A stretch of 64,000 nucleotides of DNA, taken from the NCBI GenBank assembly GCA_029953675.1, contig JAMWBK010000006.1, forward strand, positions 558,001 to 622,000, given 5' to 3'. Position 1 is the first letter of the stretch, and every line of letters starts with the position of its first letter. The DNA is from Rhodosorus marinus CCMP1338. Its lineage: Eukaryota; Plantae; Rhodophyta. A program made the translations under genes and the position numbers. Positions 11,729-23,833 of the stretch are shown in pieces. The notes beneath the pieces are model-generated. The model had not been told where the DNA came from, did not search any database, and saw only the letters and a program-made list of their open reading frames with translations.

Positions 11729-14077
11729 TTAGGAAACTACATGCAGTTGGGCATTCGCTATAGGAGCCTTGCTCGCCTTTTTTCGCTCTTGGTACGCGGC
11801 TCGGAATATTCTCGCCATATCAGTCTTAGTGCTTGACTTCGCAAGGAACGGGTGTGCTAGCAGTTCTTCTGCAGATGCCCGTTTCGCAGGGGCTAGTTCC
11901 GTACATCGTTCCATGAAAGAGTTGAATTCCGCTGACCAAGCACCTTTGTCCTACCGACAACAAAAGAAAGACGTGATGTGGAATCCCGAATTCAGTTGGT
12001 AGCTGCCCTCAACGTTTCTTTTGTTCAATGGCATAAATTTAAGGAGCCCTACCTTCAACCTGGGAGGACCATTCGTGGCAATCAAGAACATGGCTCTCAT
12101 TGCTGTCTCCTTCACCCACGGCGGCTGCGCCTCTGCGCATTCGATCGCCAAAATAGACGTGCTCCAGATATCACATTTTGTGCCGTACTTCTGACCTCTG
12201 ATAACTTCTGGAGCCATCCAAAACGGTGTTCCAATCACCGTGTTTCTCTTTGCACGTGGATCTGTCAATTCTGTGCAGAATCCAAAGTCTGCCAGCTTCA
12301 CTGATCCGTCAAGCCCGAGCAGCACGTTGTCACTCTTCACATCCCTATAGGCATCAAGTAAAAAACAAATGCGCTGTGAGATTCCGGTCTACAAGGTCTA
12401 GCGCTTCGAAGAAAGATTTCACATACCTGTGGATCTTTCCCCTCGAATGCAGACAGAGCAGACCTTGCAGGATGTTTTTCAAAATGTACGCGATGTGACA
12501 CTCATCAAACCCTAGTCCGCAGGTGTCCAAATACTCTATAACATCTGTGAGTGATCCCGCGTCCATGTACTCCATAACAATCCACGCACGCTCACTAAAC
12601 TTGAACGCTTCGTAGCAGTGGACTAGATTTTGGTGCTGAATGCTGCGCATCATATTGGTTTCATATGTGACGACATCCCAAGCCTCTTCGTCTGAAGGCT
12701 TTACAGTCTTTATCGCAATAACTTTCTTCTTTCGAGCGTCTGAAGCCTTGTACACGGATCCGTACGAGCCCTGACCTAAACCCAGTTAAAGGAAATCATG
12801 GAATAATGCGCTCGTAACTAAGTAAACTGAACAGAGAAAAGAAACGGTGCTAACCAGTAAGTCGGCTTGAGAAAGGAGAAGGATTTCGTACCGATTTTGA
12901 CAATGCTGTGGTAGTATTTCCTAGGGTCTTCAAGCTTGAAGATATCTTTGTTCGCTTGGTCCAAGGGAATATTTAGTTTTCTTGACGCCTCCCGATCACC
13001 CGTAGCAGCTGGTCGAGGTGATCTGCGCAGCCCTAGGAATTTGGATTGAGATACAAGGCGTTCAAAGCAACTTTGAGTTGTCTGCTTTCGGCGCATAGGA
13101 TCTCGAACAACGACCGCGATAATGGGCGTGATTTACCTGCTATCTGAACTGGTTTCTCGTGGGCTCCCTTGTACTGGTTGTTCAGAATGTCCATGATCGC
13201 TTGAGCGTTCTCGACTGCTTCGTCTCTTTCAATTCCTGAAGACAACAGAACGCTCTCGAAGTCTGAAGGAAGGCCAGAAAATCCGACGGGGTTCGCAAAG
13301 TCGACCTGGACGTGCAACCGATGCTCGAGATCAACCGGTGCACCAACAACAGGCTCCTGTGCGCTGACGCTCGATCCACTTTCCCTATTTGAGCCTGTAG
13401 TAGTTAATATAGAAGCATCAGTTTATCTTCCACAGTTAACATCTTCACAATATCTTGTGTTTTCGGGGTGATGACACGGCTACTTACCTTTGCGGAAGAG
13501 TTCCCCCATGTTGAAAGTTTTCCGCGATCTGGAATTGGAGTTCGGACGGTATCCTCTTCCGCTGGAGGTAGGTTTCATGGAAAAATCGGATCTCATCGAA
13601 GCGGTTCTTGAGGTGTTGTGGTCGTTTGCTTCAGCGCAAGCGGCTGAAAAGAACTCCTGGTGCGATGACGAGCATAGTTTCAGTATTAGGGAATCCAATT
13701 GTTCTGTCAAATCCGTGACAGTAGACTTGAATGCTCACCGTAAACGTCGTCGTCTTCATGGAGCTCTTGGGACGCCCTGAACTCGGCTGTGCAGCAGTGG
13801 ATCCACGGTTGGTGCTAGATACCCCGGTGCTCGCCCGGGTTGTGTCCTTCCGCTGGGATTTAACGCTTTCCAGTTTCTGAGTACGGGTACTATCGCGCTT
13901 CTGTGCGGTGGATCCCCTCGCACTGCTCTTTTCCTGTACGTTTGCGTTTTTACTGTCGTTCTCATCCATTACGGGTCTCGACGATTGAGCCTTTCCCGCT
14001 GTTCTTGAGGACGCGGACATTCTCGGATCATCCCCTCCTCTATGAGAGAACCGACCTGACAATATTCTCCAGCCCAT
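11729..14077 (-). CDS. p21-activated (PAK/STE20-type) Ser/Thr kinase with CRIB/PBD domain, multi-exon
   Basis: CRIB-like VGAPVDLEHRLHV..GFSGLP..LLSSGI..ENAQAIMDIL; kinase motifs after splicing IGQGSYGSVYK, VIAIK, IHRDVKSDNVLL, DFG, GTPFWMAPE, CDIWS. N-terminal exon boundaries less certain. Confidence 0.9.
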
Positions 14078-15318
14078 GATCAAATTTTTGTCACCAAGAC
14101 CACAGTGTCAAACCCGGCAGACGCTTAATCTCTTAGTCGATAGTCCTGCCGCCTGCTAAGATCAAGCTGAGGTTAACAAGTATGCCATCAAGCAACAACC
14201 GCTCTATACCACCAAACCAAAAGTTTCTCCGATCTACCCACCCCGGTAAAGTACGCAGCTAGTACACCCCTCCCATGTACCTGTACACCCTCGTATCCCA
14301 CGTGCGTCACAGCAGCCTAACATCTCACCCCGCCACCACCGCACTCAGAAAGTAGTACTACACGGACTAACGAAAATAAAAAGAAAAGCACAGCTCTGTT
14401 CTCCCCCCGCAGCACATTACATCATAGCGCCCTGTCCAATATTCATAAAATCATCTCCCAATCGAGGGAATCCCATTCCAAAACTAATACGACCCCTAAC
14501 CCAGTTGCGTAAACCCACCCCACCCCTCCCACTAAGGATCCAAAATACAAAAAGTAACGCCAAGTACGACATAAAAGGTATACCCATTTCCCGATATCGC
14601 TTTACCCCTCGATTTCAATCGCACTCGGGCTAAGTAATCAGTGCAGAATAGTCCTTTTTTCTAATTATAGTACTTCTTTCCAAAGAGCCCAGCCCCCAGG
14701 ATATATCTCAGCGAATCCTACTTTCAAAAAAAAATATTTAAATCACAAAAACAAGTGGGGGGACAAACTGTCCCAAACATTCCTATAATGTAAAATAATT
14801 TAGAGTGCTGAGACAAGGACCCCTATTTGAAAAATATTTCGTATTGTTGTTATAAAATTTTAGATTTCTAACTTTGCCGATAGCAAACCAAAAATATTGA
14901 AAACAATTACTTTCTTGCCAATAGTACCAGTTTTAGTTAGTACAACATTAGTGTCTAATTGCTGCTTCCTAAGCAGCTTAGGGCTTGGGTAACGGCTAGG
15001 ATTTCTAACGCACATATGGTGTTTTTGTTTTGTTTTGTTTTTTGAAGGATTTTTTTGAATAGCACTTGTAGATGAGCTCTTCTCATGATCGCTGAGGAAA
15101 AAGATCCTGGGAATCCGTTTCTTTCCGGGGCAGTGCTTTTTGCGGTTGAACGTGTTCATTCCTTCCGATGTGCATGTGTGTGTGCTTACGACAATCAGCA
15201 AATACGTGTATGACGCTGACCACGAGGTTCCGAATTTATTGCGGATTTTTTTTCCTTCTTTTCTCAGCCAGAGGATTTTTTCTTTTTTTTTTGGTTGGGC
15301 GATGTGGATATTTTGTAG

Positions 15319-15520
15319 GTAAGAAAGAAAGCAAATTGACACATCCCGAAACCGTTATGAAAGCGCATCGCGTTGGTTAGGGTGCTGAGAAGCCGATCTG
15401 AACCCTCTCAGGGAAAGCAAAATTTCGTGGCAGTTTATGGGCCCTGGGTTGCCCACGGGATCAGGGCCGGTTGATAAAGCGGTCGGTCAAGCATTTAGAT
15501 TGCTGATTTCGTTCCTGTAG
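15319..15520 (+). other. Probable 5'-UTR intron of MAD2 containing two stable hairpins
   Basis: Donor gtaaga at 15319, branch-like tgctgat near 15501, acceptor cctgtag at 15520. Stems ctgaga/tctcag (15385-15411) and ggccctg/cagggcc (15440-15468) flank AAAGCA (ANANNA) at 15414. Confidence 0.3.
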
Positions 15521-15599
15521 TGTAGTGAGCTGCTGAGAGTGGGCAGAGGAAAGCGAGGAGGGGCCGGTCAGTACGTTGTGCCGAGGAACCGTTGAGAAA

Positions 15600-16214
15600 A
15601 TGGGTTCAGACGCGAACACAGTAATTACTTTAAAAGGTTCAGTTGAGATAGTGCGGGAGTTTTTCGGCTTTGCCGTAAACAGTATTCTCTTTCAACGAGG
15701 AATCTACCCACCTGAAACCTTTACACGAGTGAACAAGTATGGCTTGACGATGCTAGTTTCAACGGACAGCGGTTTGTTGAAGTATATTGACAATGTAATG
15801 AATCAGCTCTCCTCATGGCTGGCGACGGGAATGGTAAAGAAGCTAGTACTTGTCATGATGAGCATGGACTCAGGAAAATCGCTCGAGCGGTGGGGATTTG
15901 ACGTCCAGACGGACTCCAACTTTCTGGACGGCGAGGGGAAAAGGTTGGAGGGAGAGGCACTCAGTGACAAAGAGATAATGGCAGAAATACAAGCAATTAT
16001 AAGACAAATCACGGCAAGCGTGACTTTCCTCCCTCTGCTGAATGATCCGTGTGTTTTCGACTTGCTGGTCTATGCAAAAGACGATGTGGAGATTCCCATT
16101 GAATGGGAGGAGAGCGATGCGAAGTATATCACGAACCAACACGAAGTGAGACTACGATCGTTTACAACAAAGATTCACAAGGTTGATGCTATGGTCTCCT
16201 ATGCAGCAAACTAG
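15600..16214 (+). CDS. MAD2: Spindle checkpoint HORMA protein MAD2 (intronless)
   Basis: ITLKGSVEIVREFFGFAVNSILFQRGIYPPETF..KYGLTML..LERWGF..EIQAIIRQITASVTFLPLL..FDLLVY..WEESD..LRSFTTKIHKVDAMVSY. ATG at 15600. Confidence 0.97.
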   Translation: MGSDANTVITLKGSVEIVREFFGFAVNSILFQRGIYPPETFTRVNKYGLTMLVSTDSGLLKYIDNVMNQLSSWLATGMVKKLVLVMMSMDSGKSLERWGFDVQTDSNFLDGEGKRLEGEALSDKEIMAEIQAIIRQITASVTFLPLLNDPCVFDLLVYAKDDVEIPIEWEESDAKYITNQHEVRLRSFTTKIHKVDAMVSYAAN

Positions 16215-16542
16215 AACTGAGCAATTTACCTTCTCTACAGCGAGTCACCTGTGCCCTCATGAACTCTTGCCGGCGACCGTGGACATCGTTTTCTCAGTGC
16301 TACTAACAAAAACACGCATGTACTGTGACTTGAATACTAAGACTGATATACTTATGTTCCTGGGGGACGCTTCGCGCTCTTCTGGAGCAAACTCTCCAGC
16401 TGGAATTTTTCAACTAAAATGGTGCCCTTAACAAGAGCTAATACGTCCTATTCTATGGGTTTGCCGCGAACCGAAAAACAACTCTCAAAAGCGGAAATTA
16501 AGTGTAAATTCGTCTCCGGCGGGCTTGTGCGGTTCGACCTTC

Positions 16543-17217
16543 TCAGTTGGAGGACCAAAGATATGTAACTGTAACCTTCCAATAGCCGTATTCCTCGTCT
16601 GCCCATCCCTCCACGAACGTGAGGTCATTTGCGACCAAGCTCGAACGCGAAAAGCAATTGGCAGAATTGATCGACTGCATCATCTGGAAGACCACTGCTC
16701 GATTGAGGACATTGGCAGTTTCAATAGGACTCCTCAACCAGGCAGAGATTCACATGTCGAAGTCCAAATCGGCTACTATTGTCTCAATACCGTTGCTCCG
16801 ACAGTAGTCCCGTCGACAGCGGTTGTGCGGGTTGAGAAAAGCAGTCGCTCCCGTGGATGAAATTGTTCCCCTGCATCCGTTGGTGAATCAGCGTGATCGA
16901 AAACGCTGACACTTTAACCCGGTTACCCTCTCATGCAGTGAGACTCAAATAGTAACCGAAAAGCTCAACACCTTTTGACCACGTTCCAAGTCTCTGGAAA
17001 CCGCTTCAACGTTCAGAATAGAAAACTTTCGGAACTGAATAAGATCGGTCTCTCCCTCATCTGAGAAAGAGTGCTGATCGAAGATGTAGGCAGTTTCAAC
17101 CATCCATCTTAGCAAAGTGAGTTCACACGCCAACTGCAAAATCAGAGACTCCTGAAGCGCAGCTCCTTTCCTGGAAACGACTTTGTCAGTGACAAAGCAG
17201 ACACTGAAGAGGACCAC
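16543..17217 (-). CDS. Hypothetical multi-exon protein (model unresolved)
   Basis: Protein-like minus-strand ORF segments 16945-17217 and 16543-16737 with plausible splice signals; no recognised domain, and exon phases could not be fixed. Confidence 0.3.
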
Positions 17218-17692
17218 CTCACTCTCTCAATCCCTGCTAATCACGCCTGACTGGCCTTAGCAGTTGCACCCCTCACACACCTTAAAAACCACCAGTCGAG
17301 TTCATGCGGAAGCTGTTGGCAGTTTGCTACAGAAACGGCTTTGCACTACCTCTCCATAGCAATGCAAGCAAACAACCTTGCCATCTTCAGAAACAGGTAT
17401 GATCGACAGCGTTGGCAGATTCAACTATTGACCCTCATCAAGCAGAATGCATTAACATGCTATGTCATGTACAAAGCCGCTAATTGCGTTATCACAATAT
17501 CTCCACTAAGAAACGCGACTTTCGCCGTTGGGAAATGGAAAAAAGGCAAGTTGGAAAGCGAATGACATATTGGATTTCGTATCAGGAGCTGGAAGTCTGG
17601 AGAGAGAAAGACTGGTTTGTTTTAGTTTTCTAGTTGCTCTGTATTGCTTTTGGGTTTCGTCTGTTGGCTTTGGTCGGTTACCAGACTGAGAA

Positions 17693-18638
17693 ATGATGAC
17701 TAATCTAGGATTTGTCGGGTTGAGGATTCCTTTCGACACAAGGAGAGATCCACGTACAAAGATTTCCGTGCGGCGGAGATCGTCGGGGTCATTTCGCCGT
17801 GGTGTGAACCTGGGAATGCAAGGCGAGGTTGGCGGTTCCAGGAAGAAAATTTTTCTGTCTGATTTAGAATCCGTGTCTCTCGAGGTAAGAAGCCGCTGTG
17901 GAGAAAGAAAATATTAGACCTCTCCGTCCGCCCCGTTCAACGCGCTAGGTGAGAGTGGTTTTCCATTGCTCTCAACATCTTCCTCAGTAATGGGTTGCTT
18001 TCTGGGTTGTTGTCGTTCTGTCTTAAGGCTCTGAACAATAGACCTCTACAGTATGCGAAAGTTGGAGCTTATGCGGTATTTGACGGGGCTGATGAACTTC
18101 GATATGTTGGATACAGTCGGAACGTGTTTGCAAAACTTCGTCTCCACGCTGTCTTGCAGCCCCAAGCGTGCGTTTCCTTCAGAACATATTTTCCAGACGC
18201 GGACCACGATGTTTCTCCCCAGGATTTGGAGAATGTTCTTGATATGTGGATAGTTCAGAACGGGAAGATTCCTTCCGGCAACACTACAGAGAGAGAGCTT
18301 TGGGAGTCACCAGCGGGGACTAACCAGCCGCCGGTAAGATCCACCTCATGCGTCTTCTGAGATCATGGAAGCTCTCTCTGATACTTGATGGCTGCCACCA
18401 GATGCCTAGCCGTCCAACCGATCCCAACTACACCATAACGAGACCGTCATCGACATCGAGAAGAGAGCAGGAATACGACAGAAACGAGAAGTTCCCGAGG
18501 GCGAAGCCCTACAGAAGGGGGTACGATGATTCATCAGAGTATGATCCTTTTGACCCCTTCTCCGCCAAGCGCAGTTCTTCCCGTGGTAAGCACAAATTCG
18601 AACATGCCAGTAGAGGAAGTATTATACAAGCTCTGTAG
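17693..18638 (+). CDS. Plastid-targeted GIY-YIG-like domain protein (similar to the cyanobacterial family and the N-domain of plant GRXS16)
   Basis: Transit-like MMTNLGFVGLRI..RRRSSGSFRRGVNLGM; likely introns 17885-18027 and about 18334-18401; domain GAYAVFDGADELRYVGYSRN..LH..QPQAC..WIVQNGKIPSGN..ELW. Confidence 0.75.
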
Positions 18639-19448
18639 AGAAACGATCACCGGCGACTCGCCCTGGTCGTTTCTCATATGCACATTTCCTTCTCGCAATG
18701 AGGACCGCTTCGGATGGTCGAGATGAATCATAGTTGGCCGAAAGAAAAGCTAACTTCTTGTCTATTGCTTGTGGCGCGCAGAGTCCATTGGGAGTCAGTT
18801 TCTTGACAACGTTGTTTACAATGATACTTGGTATCCAATCGTTCTCATTTCCGGAGTAGCGTTCTTCCTGTGGATTGTGAATCTCTCGCAGATGGCTCGG
18901 CCACTGACAGAGCTGAATTAAAATGGCCGTCCGAGCTTTGAGGACGACACTCTGTTGAGAACTGCTTTGTACAAAGAAATCTAATGCTGTGTCTTGCTGT
19001 CATTAGTTGATGAGTGATATGTAGGAAAGGAGTTGGAAGTAAAACCAAGTATGTTAGGCTAGAGTTCTGCTGTGCGCCAACCCCGCTTCACTTGCGTCCG
19101 GTTCTCGTGCCCGGCTTGGGTGTGAACCACGTTTCACAAAGACCAACCTGTCGAACATTTCGTTCAAAAAGGCAGTCGGGAGATTCTCTAAGCACCTAAG
19201 AGCGCGGCTTGTCTTAGGCTTATTGGGCGAGGTTGGGGGTCTTGTTGGCTCGAAACTAAGGACTGCAACCACACTTCACAAGTTTGGAGTTGACGTTCGG
19301 CTCTTGAGAGGACCTCGCGGAGTTCTGTGGCAGTCAAAGGCCAAGCACCTATTTGCATCGTTGCATATGAAATCCTATTGAGGCGGTGGAGGGCAGGGAG
19401 CAATAAGGTCTCAAAAAGGCAATCCGTAGAGACGAGTTTATTTGTCAT
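18622..19448 (-). CDS. Hypothetical protein, multi-exon
   Basis: Stop-free minus frame 18996-18622 (QDTALDFFVQ..FSTELV*) behind a strong branch/acceptor actaatgacag, plus upstream ORF 19188-19457; the joining exons are unresolved. Confidence 0.4.
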
Positions 19449-19601
19449 ATCGATCAATTAACAAGTTTTTGGGACTGCTTGCTGATGTTCGGTGGCATAT
19501 AAAACAGTTCCAAGTCCATCGCACAAGCATCTCATCTCTGCACAAAATGCCCAAGGGTATCCAAGTTGACAACAGTTCCACTCATCCGCTCATTCCTACC
19601 C

Positions 19602-20656
19602 TCAATGCAACGATTGCTGGTTCGGATCTTGGTTGTTCTGCTGGTAGTTTCCATATCTCGCTTGACCTTGCGGTACGAAAACATGCTGCTGTCTTTGTTG
19701 AACTCCCATGTACGGCATTTGTTGCTGGTTCATGCCCATCATAGGCTGCTGACCATACATGGCTGGATTATATCCTGGATTGACTTGCATCCCCTGGGGC
19801 ATTTGTTGGGCCTGGAACATCTGGTTGGAGGGATCCTGTCCCTGCACTTGTTGGCCGGATGGCATCTGAGCGGCAGCCTGACCCGAAGGCATCTGCCCAG
19901 CAGCCTGGCCCTGCGGCATCATCGGCTGCGGCATGACGTACGGTACCGTTGGTACTTGATTACCCATCTGATAGTACGGCATTGGCGCTCCGTCAACATT
20001 GGTCACGGGCCTGTGAGCCTCATCCTCCTAATACACCAACCGAAGTCCATGGTAAGAGACAATGAACGCGAGATTGGTTCCACTACATCCTCGACTCCTC
20101 TTACCTTTGGTTCGTTTCGTGGAACAATGTCAATAAGAAAATCAAAAATGTCCGTTTTCTGAATCGCACCAGAGACATCACTTCTCTGTAGGGTTCTCCT
20201 CTTCGCGTCTTCAGTCTGTGCCCACGATCTAATCGTGAGCTCCTGAATAAACATCTCGCAGGCCTTGGCGAACAGCACAGGTGCCTCTGCAGAGATCATT
20301 TTAACATCTTCATCCGACTTCATAATCTTTTTTATTCTAGCAAGGGGCAGCTGTTGCACTTTGAAGTCCGTAGTTTTCGCAACCTGCAGATCGCGAGCAA
20401 AAGCATCGGTTTAACAACTGAGAACTTCCCATGGCGAAAATCCAATCACGTGTTCCGGGGCAATAAAAAACCCTTTGCGCTCCGACAACAAACCTACCTC
20501 CTGTCTCTGACGACCCCAAAACTCCTGCAATTGGTCCATTACTCCCCCTCCAGGTTGCTGCTGATGCATCTGCTGGCCTTGTTGATGCGGGACTTGGAAT
20601 CCTTGCTGATACATACCCGTGCCACCTCCCTGCATCCCACCTCCTTCATCGCCCAT
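19602..20656 (-). CDS. NFYC: CCAAT-binding factor subunit NF-YC (HAP5), 3 exons
   Basis: Histone fold [63 protein letters not shown] flanked by Q/M/G-rich activation-type regions. Confidence 0.95.
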
Positions 20657-22626
20657 GATTGAAATAAAATCAGTTCACCAAACCTAACACCACCCACCAA
20701 CAAGAAAGAACGAAAACAACCCTCACTCTCCCTCCACAAAACCCCCCCACCCGCCTCCCCCCTTCAAAAAAATCTCTATAATAAATACTAGTCCTCGCCA
20801 AACACTAATACCACTAAAGTCCCTAACACTCCAAACCAAAACCTCCCCGCTACTACTTCACAGCTAGTAAAAGTTGCCTTAGATAACCCGTTTTCCAGGA
20901 GCCCCCGTAGTCTCAGTTCTTGGTTAGCACCACTTCACCCACAGTCAAACAGAAACAACAAAACCATTCCCCTTCCCAAACCCAAACTCTATCTCCAAAT
21001 CTCCTTCCAATCCTTCTCCCCACTCCCCCTGCTCCCCCATCATCAACTCTTGTCTCTTATAAACACCTTCAGTCTCGTTTTCCCTCCTCAAGGATTCAAC
21101 ATCCAGTTAGTTTCTTCAATGAAACAGCTCTTTGTCCCCAAAATAGTACCGATACTGTTCCACTGTCCAGCTCCCGAAAAGGCTGGAAAACATCTTTAGA
21201 ACTCCCGGGAGAAAAATATAAAATAAAATTATATATATCGCCATTATGCCATTCAATGTATGAAAATAGAAATAAAAAATATGGAAATATTTCCAACCGC
21301 TTTGATGCTGGGGGTTGAACAAGCGCTTTGTATAACTTTCAGTCAATTTTTCTTTTAAGGCATCCACAAGTATCCCCCGTAAGCAAATAACGTAATAGTC
21401 CAAATAGTTTCTTTTATAGGAGTAAATGAAACGAATAGGGAGGGTATAACTTCTCGACTATCGCAAATTCAATCAGTATGTGTTGAGGTTTACGAGGTGG
21501 CTTGGGGGGAGTAAAATGAAAGCTTCCTAGCCACCGCCAAGTGGTGGAGTCACCAAGAGTTCTCTGTCAAGATTTCGTGTTTGAGTAGTTTCTATCAGAT
21601 CCCTAGTTTACCCCTCAATCGTAGCGATGTCATCACCGCGAAATTATATTTTGTCGAACAAATTAGAAACTTTCGTCGCTTGTATTGAAGGCTTTTCTAC
21701 CCCCTTACGAATCGACCTTAACAGTGCGCCATCTGTAAAAAGATTTTAGGGGATTTTCGGGGGTAACCATTGAAAATAAAACTTTTTAAAGCTTTTTTTG
21801 TTTTTACGCGTTTAGATAGATTTATTTTAAACAATAGTTCGTGATACAAACCCAATAAATATGGGTAATCCTGTGAAAGCTTTCACTGTATATTGAATAA
21901 CAGTAACTTATTAGTAAACATTGACACACGAAGCTTACTTTAAACAATTCCGATCGACTGGAGAAGATATGTATAGAGGAAGAAAAAACGTGTGCATGGA
22001 AAAAGGAGGATTTTACTTCGAAATTAGAAATGAATGACAAAATATGTACTTTTACGATAGATCGATACCCCCTTTTGACCAATAGTATCAGGCCTTACCC
22101 TATCCTGAAAGAATGGCAGTAGGAAAGCTTCTTCTATTGGTTGCATTTACATTTATGATTGAGACAAATGAGTAATTTATTTGTTGAAATTCATGTTCCG
22201 AATAGCTAATCATAGGGTGACAAATCTAGAACGACTGGAATTGAACCAATAAGGATCGCGGTTGTTTTTAAGTGAAAATACAAACTTGAGATACCTAGAT
22301 ATCCAATTGTAGTTGTGTGAAGGTCTGTTGTGATAAAATAGCGATATGTAACCCAATCAAGAAGCGTCTTAAAGAACTTAAACTATTAATTATGGACAAA
22401 TTTATGGTTTAATATGGAACATTGTTTTAGGTATTTAGCGAGCTAGATTACACAATTTGACAAACCAAGCCCTAAATCAGAATAAGAAAAGTCGTTTTTT
22501 TGTGTTGAATAAACTAATGTGCTACTTTCGGGGGATCGAAATGAAATCAAGAGCGATTGGAGTCCTTGTGGTTGTCAGATCTCTACTAGGTTGGTGGTTG
22601 GTGGTTTGGTGGTTTGGCCGTAAACA

Positions 22627-23833
22627 TCAGCCGACTGCTTGGTCTGCCGTTTGGAGGTAGATCAATCTCTGCTTAGCCATACATCTCTGAAAAGTGCCAT
22701 CGAAATCCGCTGCAGATGCTATCGGTGCGGAAACCCAGTCATCATGAAACGCTTCGAACATGTCGCAGTAAATTTCATCGAAGGCCTGCCACATCTGGGG
22801 CTCCCCTAATCCGAGCAGGGGAACGTCCAGAATACGTTCCTTTAGGAATTCCACGGCAGCGTTGGTGACAATTATCCCAACATATACCCAAGGATAGCTA
22901 CACCCAGAGATGATCACGAGATGGACAACGGATGGGAAATCGTATCAGTTCAGCGCATTTCTCAAAACAGCTGCAGGTGATCACAGCTTACCGTCCATCC
23001 CAGTTCCTCCGTTCAGATAGAAGCTGCCGCCTGACAAACTTTTTTCTCGTTTCACAGATGTACCGGAGTTGATTCAATGCGAGAATGCCACCATCCTGAA
23101 GGTCTTCTGCTGGGTCTTCCCCTCGGAAGCCGATCTGCTTCCAGTCACTTGAGATTTGTCCACCCTTCCTTTCTAGATTATTCGTTGCGAGATTCCAAAT
23201 CTAAAAAAGAAAATTCGTAGTCCCATGCTCAGCAGCCGCTGAGGCCAGAAGCACCTTAACTGGGAGCGTCTCCGGGAGCCGGCTTACCCTCTCAAGCTGT
23301 ATCTTGTGACAAGCGTTATTCGAATCATAAGCAGTGTCTCGGAGATCGCGTATTTTGTATACAAAGTCTGTGACGTCGCAAATATTTTCAATGTACGCCG
23401 AGAGTGTCAAAGTACTGAAAGTCAAGAAGGGAAGAGGGACATTGGGCTTCAGTCAACGGCTTCACAAGGCCTGTCCCGAAAGCAGCTCTTCGCATATGAC
23501 AAACCATTTGTACCTGGCCACCCCATTGCCAAACTTCAACTCTGTGATCGTTTTCAAAATGTGCTCTTGATCAGGTTCCCTTTTCTTCAGTGCAGTCCAC
23601 ACTTCTCGTAGCGCTCTCGAGTCACGCAAGATCTTCCACAGCAAGATCGTTCCCTGGTGCTCATCGAGCGCGCCCGCCAAAATAAAACTTTCAAGCTTTG
23701 ACTTCCTCCTCATCTTGAGAATCCAACGATGTTCGCCGAGAGGAACCAAGATCCCCAAACTCTCAAACGAGACGCCTAAAAAACTACTACGGTTCGCGAC
23801 CAGGTTGCAACTAATCCAGCGCTCAATCTTCAA
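22627..23833 (-). CDS. ELMO-domain protein (ELMOD-like) paralog A, divergent; 5' end uncertain
   Basis: Exons give LSAYIENICDV..HKIQLER/IWNLATNN..WKQIGFRGEDPAEDLQDGGILALNQL../YPWVYVGIIVT..AFDEIYCDMFEAFHDDW, colinear with paralog B. Confidence 0.8.

Noticed and set aside
13706-13740. 35-bp micro-intron model in the PAK gene (HEDDDVY/EQLDS)
   Set aside because: The upstream frame is closed by a stop; an 82-bp intron from the same donor joins the long ORFs in phase.
14860-15342. 160-aa minus-strand ORF and other K/F/P-rich ORFs in promoter gaps (e.g. 20920-21318, 36274-36746, 54260-54838)
   Set aside because: Products of homopolymer-rich skewed leader sequence or antisense shadows; no domains and non-ATG starts.
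15378-15420. TPP-riboswitch-like GGGTG..CTGAGA..GAACC..AGGGA
   Set aside because: Lacks the CCUGAU..UAAU..GCG junctions and P4/P5, and the adjacent gene (MAD2) is unrelated to thiamine.
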